From a virus: a stretch of DNA of 35,609 nucleotides. The translations under genes and the position numbers were made by a program. Of the stretch, positions 1-8,250 are shown piece after piece. Below the pieces are notes generated by a model. That model saw nothing but the letters and a program-made list of their open reading frames with translations. It did no database searches and had not been told where the DNA came from. The stretch is taken from the UHGV virus genome UHGV-0211441, one strand, 5' to 3'. Every line of letters begins with the position of its first letter. Position 1 is the first letter of the stretch.

Positions 1-66
1 GTGGAATTTTGTGGCGCTGGCTGCCGCAATCGGGGTGGCCGGTTTAGGTATCTACCTGATCAACCG

Positions 67-672
67 ATGGATGGGCGCATGAACGGAAAATACACCCTGA
101 TTTATGCGGATCCGCCGTGGACATACCGCGATAAAGCCAATGATGGGAAACGCGGCGCCGGGCATAAATACCAGACCATGACACTACTGGATATCTGCCG
201 TTTGCCAGTGTGGGAACTGGCCGCCGATAACTGCCTGCTGGCTATGTGGTGGGTACCGACGATGCCGCTCGAGGCATTGAAGGTGATCGAGGCGTGGGGC
301 TTTCGTCTCATGACCATGAAGGGATTCACCTGGAATAAGTGCGGAAGCCGGCAGACCGACAAGCTCGTTATGGGAATGGGGCATATGACGCGAGCAAACA
401 GCGAAGATTGCTTGTTTGCTGTGAAGGGGAATCTTCCTGCCCGGCTGGATGCCGGGATCATCCAGTCTTTCACTGCGCCGCGGCTCGAACATTCCAGAAA
501 ACCCGACTGTGTGCGCGAAATGCTGGTGCAGCTGCTTGGCGACGTTCCCCGCATTGAGTTATTCGCGCGGCAGTCGTCGCACGGTTTTGATGTTTGGGGA
601 AATCAGTGTGAATCACCTGCGGTGGAATTACTGCCTGGATTTGCGGAATATATTGTGAATGCGCGCGTATAA
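67..672 (+). CDS. DNA N6-adenine methyltransferase, MT-A70 (Dam-like) family
   Basis: Motif LIYADPPW (DPPW/DPPY catalytic motif IV of N6-adenine MTases) lies close to the N-terminus, typical of MT-A70 phage methylases. The ORF is open from position 1 (GTG); the Met at 67 (MDGRMNGKY...) is chosen as the plausible start, so the 5' end is uncertain. Confidence 0.75.
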   Translation: MDGRMNGKYTLIYADPPWTYRDKANDGKRGAGHKYQTMTLLDICRLPVWELAADNCLLAMWWVPTMPLEALKVIEAWGFRLMTMKGFTWNKCGSRQTDKLVMGMGHMTRANSEDCLFAVKGNLPARLDAGIIQSFTAPRLEHSRKPDCVREMLVQLLGDVPRIELFARQSSHGFDVWGNQCESPAVELLPGFAEYIVNARV

Positions 673-701
673 TTTATTTACGAACAAAAAATAGATAAGC
701 A

Positions 702-727
702 GGGGGATTCACGTATCCCCCAATTTT
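702..727. terminator. GC-rich hairpin (GGGGGAT-N6-ATCCCCC) followed by AATTTT, between the convergent Dam and Toprim-like genes; probable bidirectional terminator
   Basis: Perfect 7-bp GC-rich stem seen directly. It sits in the 60-bp gap between the stop codons of two convergent genes. Confidence 0.4.
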
Positions 728-733
728 GATAGT

Positions 734-1258
734 TCAGATCATAACAGATTTTTCTTCTTTGCCTCTAAGCATATCAACTATTAATTGTATTTTTTTACAA
801 TTAGGGGAGTCTAAAACATCTGCAGTAAATAAAGTGGCATAGCTATCCCTGTCTGTGCATGGCCCATTAAGTAATGGGTGAAGCAGAGCTTTGCAACTTT
901 GATTTGTTGTACCTTTCTTCTTACCAAGCACATCTAAAAGTAACCCCTCTAAGCAAGGTTCTGAACCAACAAGATTTATTCCTGCGCTTAAAGCTTTCTT
1001 GATATTTGCTTTGGGCCAAATGATATCAGTATCCAATAGCACAATAACAAAATCATAGCCATCGCAACGCTTACAAGATATGGCATGAGACATAACATGT
1101 TCGGGGCCTTTCCCACCAGCTGTGACTATGGATACTTTAAATGAACCATTGGAAAATAATGATTTTAAGTGAGAGAGGAATGCTTTTTCAGCATGACCCT
1201 CTCCAACAAGTAATAGGGTTTTAGTGACGCTTCGGCGTACCACTTTCCTTTTTGCCAT
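734..1258 (-). CDS. Small Toprim-like protein (DUF4276/RloB-like), partner of the upstream AAA_21 ATPase
   Basis: 174 aa. N-terminal LLVGEGHAE resembles the Toprim acidic motif, and a downstream DxD motif is present (VIVLLDTDIIW). The gene lies 10 bp downstream of the ATPase gene on the same strand and has the same low GC. The family assignment is from motif recognition only. Confidence 0.55.
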   Translation of the reverse strand: MAKRKVVRRSVTKTLLLVGEGHAEKAFLSHLKSLFSNGSFKVSIVTAGGKGPEHVMSHAISCKRCDGYDFVIVLLDTDIIWPKANIKKALSAGINLVGSEPCLEGLLLDVLGKKKGTTNQSCKALLHPLLNGPCTDRDSYATLFTADVLDSPNCKKIQLIVDMLRGKEEKSVMI

Positions 1259-1268
1259 TGTTTAATCC

Positions 1269-2492
1269 TTAAATTTCAATGTTTGGTACGCCGCCTAATG
1301 CGCCAGTAATGTATTTAGAGTAAAGATTGTCTTGACTTCTCAAGCCTTGGATTTCATCAAGTCTCCAAGCTTCACTAACGCTATCATTTTTTTCAACCAA
1401 GTAAATGTTATGTTTATTTACGTATTTAAGTATTTCTGCAGTGTGGCAGCTAAATATTAGTTGTGAAGAATGCTGGTTGATACCCTCATTTGCGAACATA
1501 TCAAGTAATTCGCGAATCATATAAGGATGGAGGTCGCTATCTAGTTCGTCAATAACAGCAACTCCACCAAAATGTAATGCAGATATTAATTTATAAATAA
1601 AATAGAAGCATGCTTGAGTTCCAGTGGACTCCATGATGAAAGGGATTTTAAATGTTTCACCATTATGCTCATGTACGCCATAGGGCATAAACTTCTGCTC
1701 TAACTCTCCTGTCTTTTTATCCATGATTTCATCTTCTTTTATTATTATATCTTTTAGGCCAAAATCCATTCTTGTTAAGTATTTTTTTGCCTTTTCAAAT
1801 AACTCAGGCTCATGGTGGTAATATTCTGCTGCACTCAAGACTTTACCATAATTAAAGTTTGATTTTCCAAATACATTTAAATTATTCTCAATGCTATAGA
1901 AAATGTAATGCATTGCACCGGCTGTTATATTATCATCTTTCCTTCTGAAGTATGATATAGCTGATGCATTTTTAGGCACAGTTCTTAGTTCTGATACAGG
2001 GAAGTCATTTGTGTTACTTTTTACTTTATATTCATTTGTGGTTGCATCATATTTTCTATAAAAAATAGATGAGAATAAACGGCTTGATTTGTATTTTAGC
2101 TCTTCATGTAATACCGTTTTTTTGTCGAGTTTCAAAAAATATTTAAATTCGACATGATTCATTTCGCCATCAATGAGCCTGCTATCAACAAAGCAAATCT
2201 CAATTTCCGAAGGTTCATCCATATTGCAAATGTGTGGATACATAGGCAGTGATTCGGAATTATCCATTGATTTAAATGATTCACTGCAAAACCAGCTTAA
2301 AAAAGCCAGTGGTTTAAGCATATTTGATTTGCCAGAACCATTAGCACCCATTACGGCTAATACTTTAGTTATCCTCGTATCCACCCATTGTTTGTCCAGT
2401 GACGACTCTGAAGAGTTTGCCTTAAGAGTGAGATCTACGAGCTGCTCGTCTTTGAACGAGTGGAAGTTTTTGAAGCGATACCATTTTATCAT
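1269..2492 (-). CDS. AAA_21/ABC-type ATPase (OLD/AbiL/PARIS AriA-like abortive-infection ATPase)
   Basis: 407 aa. Walker A GANGSGKSN; Walker B/D-loop VAVIDELDSDLHP. N-terminus MIKWYRFKNFHSF and C-terminus ...YITGALGGVP match the usual ends of AAA_21 defence ATPases. Low-GC gene. Confidence 0.8.
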   Translation of the reverse strand: MIKWYRFKNFHSFKDEQLVDLTLKANSSESSLDKQWVDTRITKVLAVMGANGSGKSNMLKPLAFLSWFCSESFKSMDNSESLPMYPHICNMDEPSEIEICFVDSRLIDGEMNHVEFKYFLKLDKKTVLHEELKYKSSRLFSSIFYRKYDATTNEYKVKSNTNDFPVSELRTVPKNASAISYFRRKDDNITAGAMHYIFYSIENNLNVFGKSNFNYGKVLSAAEYYHHEPELFEKAKKYLTRMDFGLKDIIIKEDEIMDKKTGELEQKFMPYGVHEHNGETFKIPFIMESTGTQACFYFIYKLISALHFGGVAVIDELDSDLHPYMIRELLDMFANEGINQHSSQLIFSCHTAEILKYVNKHNIYLVEKNDSVSEAWRLDEIQGLRSQDNLYSKYITGALGGVPNIEI

Positions 2493-2603
2493 ATTGGGCC
2501 CGTTTAGACTTTTTTTTGTTTAACTGGCTCTACTATTGCAGGTGAAATGATGTTTGTCCATCCCGATTCGTGCGAAAAACAATCGCTTGTGGAGCGTTTC
2601 TGT

Positions 2604-2632
2604 TTGCGAAGGGGGAGTTATGATAGTATAAA
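2604..2632 (+). promoter_or_regulatory. Candidate sigma70 promoter (TTGCGA-N17-TATAAA) upstream of the 63-aa ORF
   Basis: Hexamers and spacing read directly from the sequence, with an AT-rich context upstream of a GGGG Shine-Dalgarno (SD) sequence and a GTG start. Not validated. Confidence 0.3.
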
Positions 2633-2674
2633 CACTGTTTTTATATACAGTAATTTGCGGGGGGATTTGGGGTT

Positions 2675-2866
2675 GTGGTTGACAAGAACGATGCAGGAGT
2701 CCTTCTCCCCGATGATGGCGACGTCCTGATAAGGTGCAAAAGTGGTAAGGCCAGAAAGCTCCGCGATGTGCATCCGGATGAACATGTAGCAACACTTAAC
2801 GCTTTGTTTGAATTAGCTAAATTGTCTGGCTACACCATTATAAAACCAGACGGGACTGTGCTATAA
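2675..2866 (+). CDS. Hypothetical small protein (63 aa), GTG start
   Basis: ORF preceded by a GGGG SD sequence and a candidate promoter. No recognisable family. Confidence 0.35.
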   Translation: MVDKNDAGVLLPDDGDVLIRCKSGKARKLRDVHPDEHVATLNALFELAKLSGYTIIKPDGTVL

Positions 2867-2934
2867 TTAACTCGTTGGCCTGAACACCCAACACATTGTA
2901 TTTCTGAGCAATTGCTGCGCTAAAGGGGAACCCA

Positions 2935-3531
2935 ATGGCGCAGTATTCTTTTGTAAAAGCACCAGGCAATGTTTTAATTCCGGCGACGCCTGACGCGCGC
3001 GAATTTTTAGAAAAAAAAGTCCGCATGGGCGGCATTTTGTATGCGGATTTCAAGCAGGCAAGAAACCCGGCATTCCACCGTAAATTTTTTGCCCTCCTGA
3101 ATCTGGGCTTTGATTACTGGCAACCGTCCGGCGGTGCGATATCGCCAGCCGATAAAAAACTGGTACACGGCTATGTGCAGCTGGTGGCCCACTATGCCGG
3201 GCATGCCGACACTTTGCTGGAACTGGCGGATCAGTATCTCCGCGATGAAGCAGAAAAACGCGCCGGGAATATCAGCGCGGTAAAATCGTTTGAAGCATTC
3301 CGTTCCTGGGTGACTATCGAAGCCGGTTTTTATATCGAATACCAGATGCCTGATGGCACTACCCGCAAAGAACCAAAATCCATATCGTTCGCAAAAATGG
3401 ACGATGTAGAATTTTCCCAGCTGTATAAATCCGTATTAGATGTCCTCTGGAATTTTATTTTATTCCGCACCTTCCCGACGCAGCAGGCGGCCGAAAACGC
3501 AGCCTCGCAATTATTCAGCTATGCCGCGTGA
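2935..3531 (+). CDS. Phage protein, DUF1367-like (lambdoid nin-region protein)
   Basis: 198 aa. The start ATG is preceded by AAGGGGAA. The sequence resembles a conserved lambdoid prophage family, assigned from memory with moderate confidence. Confidence 0.55.
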   Translation: MAQYSFVKAPGNVLIPATPDAREFLEKKVRMGGILYADFKQARNPAFHRKFFALLNLGFDYWQPSGGAISPADKKLVHGYVQLVAHYAGHADTLLELADQYLRDEAEKRAGNISAVKSFEAFRSWVTIEAGFYIEYQMPDGTTRKEPKSISFAKMDDVEFSQLYKSVLDVLWNFILFRTFPTQQAAENAASQLFSYAA

Positions 3532-3542
3532 GAAATATTGCC

Positions 3543-3845
3543 ATGACCAAAGACGATAAACGCTGGCTGGAAGACGTTGCATCACTGGGTTGCGTCGTAT
3601 GCAGAAATCTAGGCTACGGCGCCACACCTGCAGAAGTTCACCACATCCGCAAAGGGCAGGGCATCGCCCAGCGCGCCGACAATAAAAAAACACTCCCGCT
3701 TTGCCCGCCACACCACAGAACCGGCGGACACGGTGTAGCTATCCATGCAGGGCAAAAAACGTGGGAAGAAAACTACGGTACCGAATCTGAATTACTCAAT
3801 CAGGTAATCGCTGAGGTGGGGGAATTACGTTTATGCAGAATTTAA
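3543..3845 (+). CDS. HNH-type zinc-finger nuclease, DUF968/Ref-like
   Basis: CVVC...EVHHI...LCPPHH motifs (CxxC/HH zinc-binding HNH signature). An alternative GTG start at 3528 overlaps the upstream stop. Confidence 0.6.
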   Translation: MTKDDKRWLEDVASLGCVVCRNLGYGATPAEVHHIRKGQGIAQRADNKKTLPLCPPHHRTGGHGVAIHAGQKTWEENYGTESELLNQVIAEVGELRLCRI

Positions 3846-4000
3846 TTCCATCTCTAGGAGCAGCAGATAAATCTAGAAAGTGTGGTTGGCCAACGCGACG
3901 GGAAAGCATGAAATTCTGTCTGGCTCCTTTTTCCATTCTGGCGGGTGGCGATTTTGCCCCTCTCTATGCTCGCGCACGCGCGCGTTTAGGGGGGTGATTT

Positions 4001-4297
4001 ATGCCGCTGGTTGCCACCTTCCGAACAGACTGGTTCCGCGTCATTACCGACCTGACCAGGAAAAACCTCACCACTCAGCAAATCGCCGATGAACTTGGCG
4101 TTTCGAAATCTGCCGTTCTCGGTTGGAAATCCGGATCAGAACCTCGCCACGGTCACGGTGAGGCGCTGATCGCTCTCTGGTGTCTGGCTACCAGCTCAGA
4201 CCGTAAAAAACTCCCCACTGTGCTTTATCGGCAGTGGTGGACGTTCCGCCGCCCTGTTTTTGGTCGGGAAACTGACCAGAAGGGCAACACACAATGA
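4001..4297 (+). CDS. Small helix-turn-helix DNA-binding protein (candidate late-gene regulator or terminase-associated HTH protein)
   Basis: 98 aa. Strong RBS GGGGGGTGA. HTH segment LTTQQIADELGVSKSAVLGWKSG. It is the first gene of the late (+ strand) block. Confidence 0.5.
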   Translation: MPLVATFRTDWFRVITDLTRKNLTTQQIADELGVSKSAVLGWKSGSEPRHGHGEALIALWCLATSSDRKKLPTVLYRQWWTFRRPVFGRETDQKGNTQ

Positions 4298-4324
4298 CGA
4301 CTCACTAATTCAGGAGTGAACAAA

Positions 4325-4768
4325 ATGGCTCGACCGAAAAAAAATATCGAGACGCCGGGGCAGGAAAAAACCGTGACGGATGAAATTACGATTGTGGCGG
4401 AATCGCAGTTGCTGAATTCCGAAACTGTGCCGGCTCCGGTCGCTGTGGAGAAAAAAGCCTCAGCGCCAGAAATTCAACAGCGTGTAGCGCAGCTGCTTGA
4501 TGGTACCGCTCTTGCCGAACGTAACGCGATCCTTGCCGCTCTCAATTCTCAGGGTGCAACAATCATCGCTCGTTTTGATGAACTGGATTTTATTTCCATT
4601 AATGGCCAGCGCCTTACCGACAACCTCGAATTTCTTACCCTCGTACGCAAAGCCACTGATGTAAGTACCGGCGGCGCGGGCGCAATGGTGACGAACGAAG
4701 AGGGCAAGCCGCAGCCAGTACGCGGCGCACCTGTATTAACCGAACACGGCTGGCATGTGCCGGGCTAA
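4325..4768 (+). CDS. Hypothetical virion-module protein
   Basis: ATG at 4325 with AGGAG 8 nt upstream. The tool ORF starts at GTG 4316. No family recognised. Confidence 0.45.
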   Translation: MARPKKNIETPGQEKTVTDEITIVAESQLLNSETVPAPVAVEKKASAPEIQQRVAQLLDGTALAERNAILAALNSQGATIIARFDELDFISINGQRLTDNLEFLTLVRKATDVSTGGAGAMVTNEEGKPQPVRGAPVLTEHGWHVPG

Positions 4769-4779
4769 GGGGGAATCGT

Positions 4780-5004
4780 ATGTGTGGAGGCGGCGCACCA
4801 AAAGTCGTACAGCAGGATCCGCAGGCTGAGGCCGATGCAGCAGCCGATGCAGCAGCGAAGGCCGCGAACGCCGACGCCGCAGCGCGTAAGAAGCGCAAGA
4901 AAGGTTCCTCGCTGCTGGCAAGCGGTGCCGAAGGCGCAACGGATACAGGTTCATCCCTGCTTTCCTCCGGCGCTCAGGCAGCAAAAAACACCTTAGGGGC
5001 ATAA
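4780..5004 (+). CDS. T7 gp7.3-like small Ala/Lys-rich virion protein
   Basis: 74 aa, low-complexity Ala-rich, with a basic patch ARKKRKKGSSLLASG comparable to the T7 gp7.3 C-terminal region (recalled from memory, not verified). Positioned immediately upstream of the portal gene as in T7. SD is AAGGGGGAA. Confidence 0.45.
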   Translation: MCGGGAPKVVQQDPQAEADAAADAAAKAANADAAARKKRKKGSSLLASGAEGATDTGSSLLSSGAQAAKNTLGA

Positions 5005-5007
5005 TCG

Positions 5008-6630
5008 ATGGATGAACTCGCCGTAAAGCTGGTTAAGCGTGCCGATACGCTGAAAGCCAACCGACAGGTGCACGAAAGCGTCTGGCGGGAATGCTATGAC
5101 TATACCTATCCGCTGCGCGGCGCGGGGCTATCCGATGAGGTACTGGACGCACAGAGCGCAAAATCGAAGGTGGCACGGCTGCTTGACGGCACGGCCACCG
5201 ACAGCGCCCGCATGCTGGCGTCTGCTCTCATGTCCGGCATGACCCCGGCAAACGCGCAATGGCTGAACCTCGACAGCGAATCACTGCCGGATGATGCCGC
5301 CGCGTGGTTGTCCACCTGCGCAACGCTGGTATGGGAAAACATCCACGCCGCCAACTTCGACGCCGAAGGCTATGAGGCGAATCTCGATGTGGTGTGCGCC
5401 GGCTGGTTCGCGCTGTACATCGACGAAGACCGCGAAGAGGGCGGATTCTCGTTCCAGCAGTGGCCGCTGGCGCAGTGCTTTGTCACATCCACTCGCCGCG
5501 ATGGCATCGTGGACACGATTTATCGCCGCTACCAGCTCACCGCAGAGCAGGCGATTAAAGAATTTGGCGCGGATAAGGTCAGTAAGAAGATTCGCGAGGC
5601 GGCCGCCAAAAAGCCGGATGACAAATTCGACTTCCTGCATTGCATTTTCCCGCGTGAAAACTACGTAGTGAATGCGCGCCTGGCTAAAAACTTGCGTTTT
5701 GCATCCTACAACGTGGAGGTGAGCGGCAAGCTCATTGTGCGCGAATCCGGTTATCACGAATTCCCCTGCTGCGTACCGCGCTGGATGAAAATCCCCGGCA
5801 CGCCGTACGGTATCGGCCCGGTATACGACGCGCTGCCAGACTGCAAAGAGCTGAACGAAACGAAGCGCATGGAGAAGGCCGCGCAGGATCTGGCGATTGC
5901 CGGGATGTGGATTGCGGAAGACGACGGCGTGCTTAACCCGCGTACGGTCAAAGTAGGCCCGCGCCGCATCATCGTGGCGAACAGCGTAGACAGCATGAAA
6001 CCGTTGCTCACCGGCGCAGATTTCAATGTGGCCTTTACCGCAGAAGAACGCCTGCAGGCATCTATCCGCAAAATTATGATGGCCGACCAGCTGCAACCGC
6101 AGGACGGCCCGGCGATGACCGCTACTGAAGTGCATGTGCGTGTAGCGTTGATCCGCCAGTTGCTTGGCCCGGTCTATGGCCGATTCCAGGCTGAATACCT
6201 GCAACCGCTGGTAGAGCGCTGTTTCGGTCTGGCATTCCGTGCCGGTGTATTCCCGCCTGCGCCGGATAGCCTGCAAAACGCCAATTTCAACGTGCGCTAT
6301 ATCTCGCCGCTTGCCCGCGCGCAGCAGCTGGAGAACGTCACCGCCATTGAACGTTTCAGCGCGAATATTGCGAACCTCACCAACATCGACCAGGAGGTTA
6401 TCGATCTTCTCGATGCCGATGAAGCCGGTCGTGTGGTGGCTGATGCGCTCGGCGTGCCGGCTAAGGTTGTTCGTACTTCCGATGCGGTCGCAGAAATTCG
6501 CGAGAAGCGCCAGAAGGAACGACAGCAGCAGGCAGGGCAGGCGCTGATGATGCAGGCAGGTAGCGAAGCGGCAACCACAGCAGGGCAGCAGGTGGGCGCA
6601 GCGCTGGGCCAACGAGTAGCGGGGGGCTAA
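5008..6630 (+). CDS. Portal (head-to-tail connector) protein, T7 gp8-like
   Basis: 540 aa. Length, position and conserved central segments (EFPCCVPRW...GIGPVYDALPD...) are consistent with the T7 connector family. The Gln/Ala-rich C-terminus is also as in T7 gp8. Family assigned from memory of T7 gp8. Confidence 0.8.
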   Translation: MDELAVKLVKRADTLKANRQVHESVWRECYDYTYPLRGAGLSDEVLDAQSAKSKVARLLDGTATDSARMLASALMSGMTPANAQWLNLDSESLPDDAAAWLSTCATLVWENIHAANFDAEGYEANLDVVCAGWFALYIDEDREEGGFSFQQWPLAQCFVTSTRRDGIVDTIYRRYQLTAEQAIKEFGADKVSKKIREAAAKKPDDKFDFLHCIFPRENYVVNARLAKNLRFASYNVEVSGKLIVRESGYHEFPCCVPRWMKIPGTPYGIGPVYDALPDCKELNETKRMEKAAQDLAIAGMWIAEDDGVLNPRTVKVGPRRIIVANSVDSMKPLLTGADFNVAFTAEERLQASIRKIMMADQLQPQDGPAMTATEVHVRVALIRQLLGPVYGRFQAEYLQPLVERCFGLAFRAGVFPPAPDSLQNANFNVRYISPLARAQQLENVTAIERFSANIANLTNIDQEVIDLLDADEAGRVVADALGVPAKVVRTSDAVAEIREKRQKERQQQAGQALMMQAGSEAATTAGQQVGAALGQRVAGG

Positions 6631-6863
6631 TGGCTATAAAACAAGTATCACCGGCGGACTACAAACGCATTTTCGAGGAAATGCCAGGCGGCCCGCAGGT
6701 ACTGGATGAATTAACGCGCCGATTCGGGCGTGCGGCGTATGTCCCCGGCGGCACCGAGGGCGATCGCGAAACCTGTTACCGGGCCGGACAACGTGCCGTG
6801 CTCGATTTCATTCTGATGCAAATCAACCGTGCAGATGGAGTAAACGACGATGTGGAAGATTAA
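6630..6863 (+). CDS. Hypothetical small protein (77 aa) between portal and scaffold
   Basis: ATG overlaps the portal stop (TAATG) with a GGGGGG SD sequence. No family recognised. Confidence 0.4.
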   Translation: MAIKQVSPADYKRIFEEMPGGPQVLDELTRRFGRAAYVPGGTEGDRETCYRAGQRAVLDFILMQINRADGVNDDVED

Positions 6864-7698
6864 ACACTTATTCATGAACGCCGAGCAGGGCGCCGAAGCG
6901 CCAGCAGGCAGCACAGGGGGCAATGATGGTGGCAATGGCGGTGGTGCTGAAAATCCGGGCGCTGATAATCCTGCTGGTATTTCACTTCTCAGCACCGGCG
7001 CAGGTGAACCGGGCGCGAATGACTGGATACCTGAAAAATACCGCGTTATGGGCGAAGGTGGAAAACTCGACATTGAAGGCTCTGCCCGCAAACTGGCGGA
7101 TGCTCATACGTCGCTTGAAAAGCGCCTTGGCAGCGTCGGCACGCCGCCAAAAACTGCTGATGACTACGCCCCAGAGGTAAAGGCCGAAGGCTTTAACTGG
7201 GAAGAATTCAAAGCTGACCCGCGCATGCAGTCGTTTATGAAATCGGCACACGGCAAGGGGATCACCAACGACCAGATGAGTTTCATCATCAGCGAGTATG
7301 CGCAAATCGCCCCGTCGCTGGTTAACGGTGCAGCGGAACTGGATGCTGAATCCGCTACCACGCAGCTGCGCGAAGTCTGGAAGACTGACGCCGAATTTAA
7401 CAAGAATATCGGCCTGGCCTTCCGCGCGTTCAATTCCCTGACCGATGAAGGCGATCGCGGCCGCATCGATGAAATCGGAAATAACCCGATGGTGATCCGC
7501 ATGCTGGCGAAAATCGGCGCGGAAATGCAGGAGGATGCACCAGCGGGCGCCGACAGCAACCCGGCAGAGCAGCAGACCATCCGCGACCTGATGAAGTCCG
7601 AAGCGTACATGAATCCGAAGCATACCGACCATGAACGTGTATCTGCACAGGTGAAAGCGTACTACCAGAAGCGTTACGGTGATCAAACCGTAGCGTGA
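6850..7698 (+). CDS. Scaffolding protein (T7 gp9-like)
   Basis: 282-aa acidic protein between portal and capsid, with a Gly/Asn-rich N-terminus. Confidence 0.6.
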   Translation: MWKIKHLFMNAEQGAEAPAGSTGGNDGGNGGGAENPGADNPAGISLLSTGAGEPGANDWIPEKYRVMGEGGKLDIEGSARKLADAHTSLEKRLGSVGTPPKTADDYAPEVKAEGFNWEEFKADPRMQSFMKSAHGKGITNDQMSFIISEYAQIAPSLVNGAAELDAESATTQLREVWKTDAEFNKNIGLAFRAFNSLTDEGDRGRIDEIGNNPMVIRMLAKIGAEMQEDAPAGADSNPAEQQTIRDLMKSEAYMNPKHTDHERVSAQVKAYYQKRYGDQTVA

Positions 7699-7731
7699 CA
7701 TGTCACGACAACTTAACCCGAGGAAAGACCA

Positions 7732-7896
7732 ATGAGCGACAAGAATCAACCTTTGAATCTTGAACAGCAGGAATTCATTTTCCGAACCAAAGCGGAATTA
7801 TTGGCCGAGCTTATTAAATTCCAAATCCCCGGTAAATCCGAAGCGGAAGAACTGGCAGAAGTGGTCAATGCCGCATTCGATAAATTAACGGCTTAA
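7732..7896 (+). CDS. Small hypothetical protein (54 aa), first gene of a two-gene moron-like cassette
   Basis: Start preceded by the conserved cassette CGAGGAAAGACCAATG. Not in the supplied ORF track because it is under 60 aa. Confidence 0.45.
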   Translation: MSDKNQPLNLEQQEFIFRTKAELLAELIKFQIPGKSEAEELAEVVNAAFDKLTA

Positions 7897-7911
7897 TTCG
7901 AGGAAAGACCA

Positions 7912-8181
7912 ATGAGTGAAGCAAAACCGCAAGATGGCAGCACCGTGAAAGGCTATAGAAAATTAAGCGACGCAGAAATCGCAGCAATGAATCGCCTAAA
8001 AGAACTGAGTCGCAATTTTATTCGCGAGTTGCGAAATATTCAGTTGGATTTGTTACCGCAGGATCCAGTTCTCTCTGATCGCACTGCTGCTTACCGTAGT
8101 GCCGCGTTGGCGACCACAAAAATGCAGGAAGCCTGTATGTGGGGATGCCGTGCGGTAGCCCGCCCGGATGGAGACTGCTAA
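7912..8181 (+). CDS. Small hypothetical protein (89 aa), second moron gene; candidate anti-defence or host-interaction factor
   Basis: Same CGAGGAAAGACCAATG cassette. Followed by its own intrinsic terminator, and inserted between the scaffold and capsid genes. Confidence 0.55.
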   Translation: MSEAKPQDGSTVKGYRKLSDAEIAAMNRLKELSRNFIRELRNIQLDLLPQDPVLSDRTAAYRSAALATTKMQEACMWGCRAVARPDGDC

Positions 8182-8199
8182 ATAATTCCTCGCGAACTA

Positions 8200-8228
8200 A
8201 GCCAGCCTAACCCGCTGGCTTTTTTATT
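8200..8228 (+). terminator. Rho-independent terminator (AGCCAGC-N7-GCTGGCT + TTTTTATTT)
   Basis: Stem-loop and T-run seen directly, 19 nt after the stop of the 89-aa ORF. Confidence 0.7.
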
Positions 8229-8229
8229 T

Positions 8230-8250
8230 GGTCGGGATTCCGACCGCGCA
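8230..8250 (+). repeat. Copy 1 of the repeated hairpin motif GGTCGGGATTCCGACCGCGCA
   Basis: 6-bp stem GGTCGG/CCGACC with loop GATT. 20 of 21 bp are identical to copy 3 at 20961. Confidence 0.8.

Noticed and set aside
1-66. N-terminal 22 codons of the ORF beginning at position 1
   Set aside because: The sequence VEFCGAGCRNRGGRFRYLPDQP does not look like part of an MT-A70 methylase. It is probably either non-coding or the tail of a wrap-around ORF, so the MTase was started at Met67.
3880-4092. 70-aa ORF in the HNH-to-HTH intergenic region
   Set aside because: No RBS, an odd Cys/Arg/His-rich product, and overlap with the well-supported 4001..4297 gene. Likely non-coding promoter or leader DNA.
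5281-6612. 443-aa ORF on the minus strand
   Set aside because: It lies entirely antisense to the confidently identified portal gene, in high-GC DNA where long spurious antisense ORFs are common. It has no RBS, and its product is Arg/Ala/Gly-rich low complexity.
6982-7749. 255-aa minus-strand ORF
   Set aside because: Antisense to the scaffold gene with no RBS. It is a GC-driven ORF artefact.
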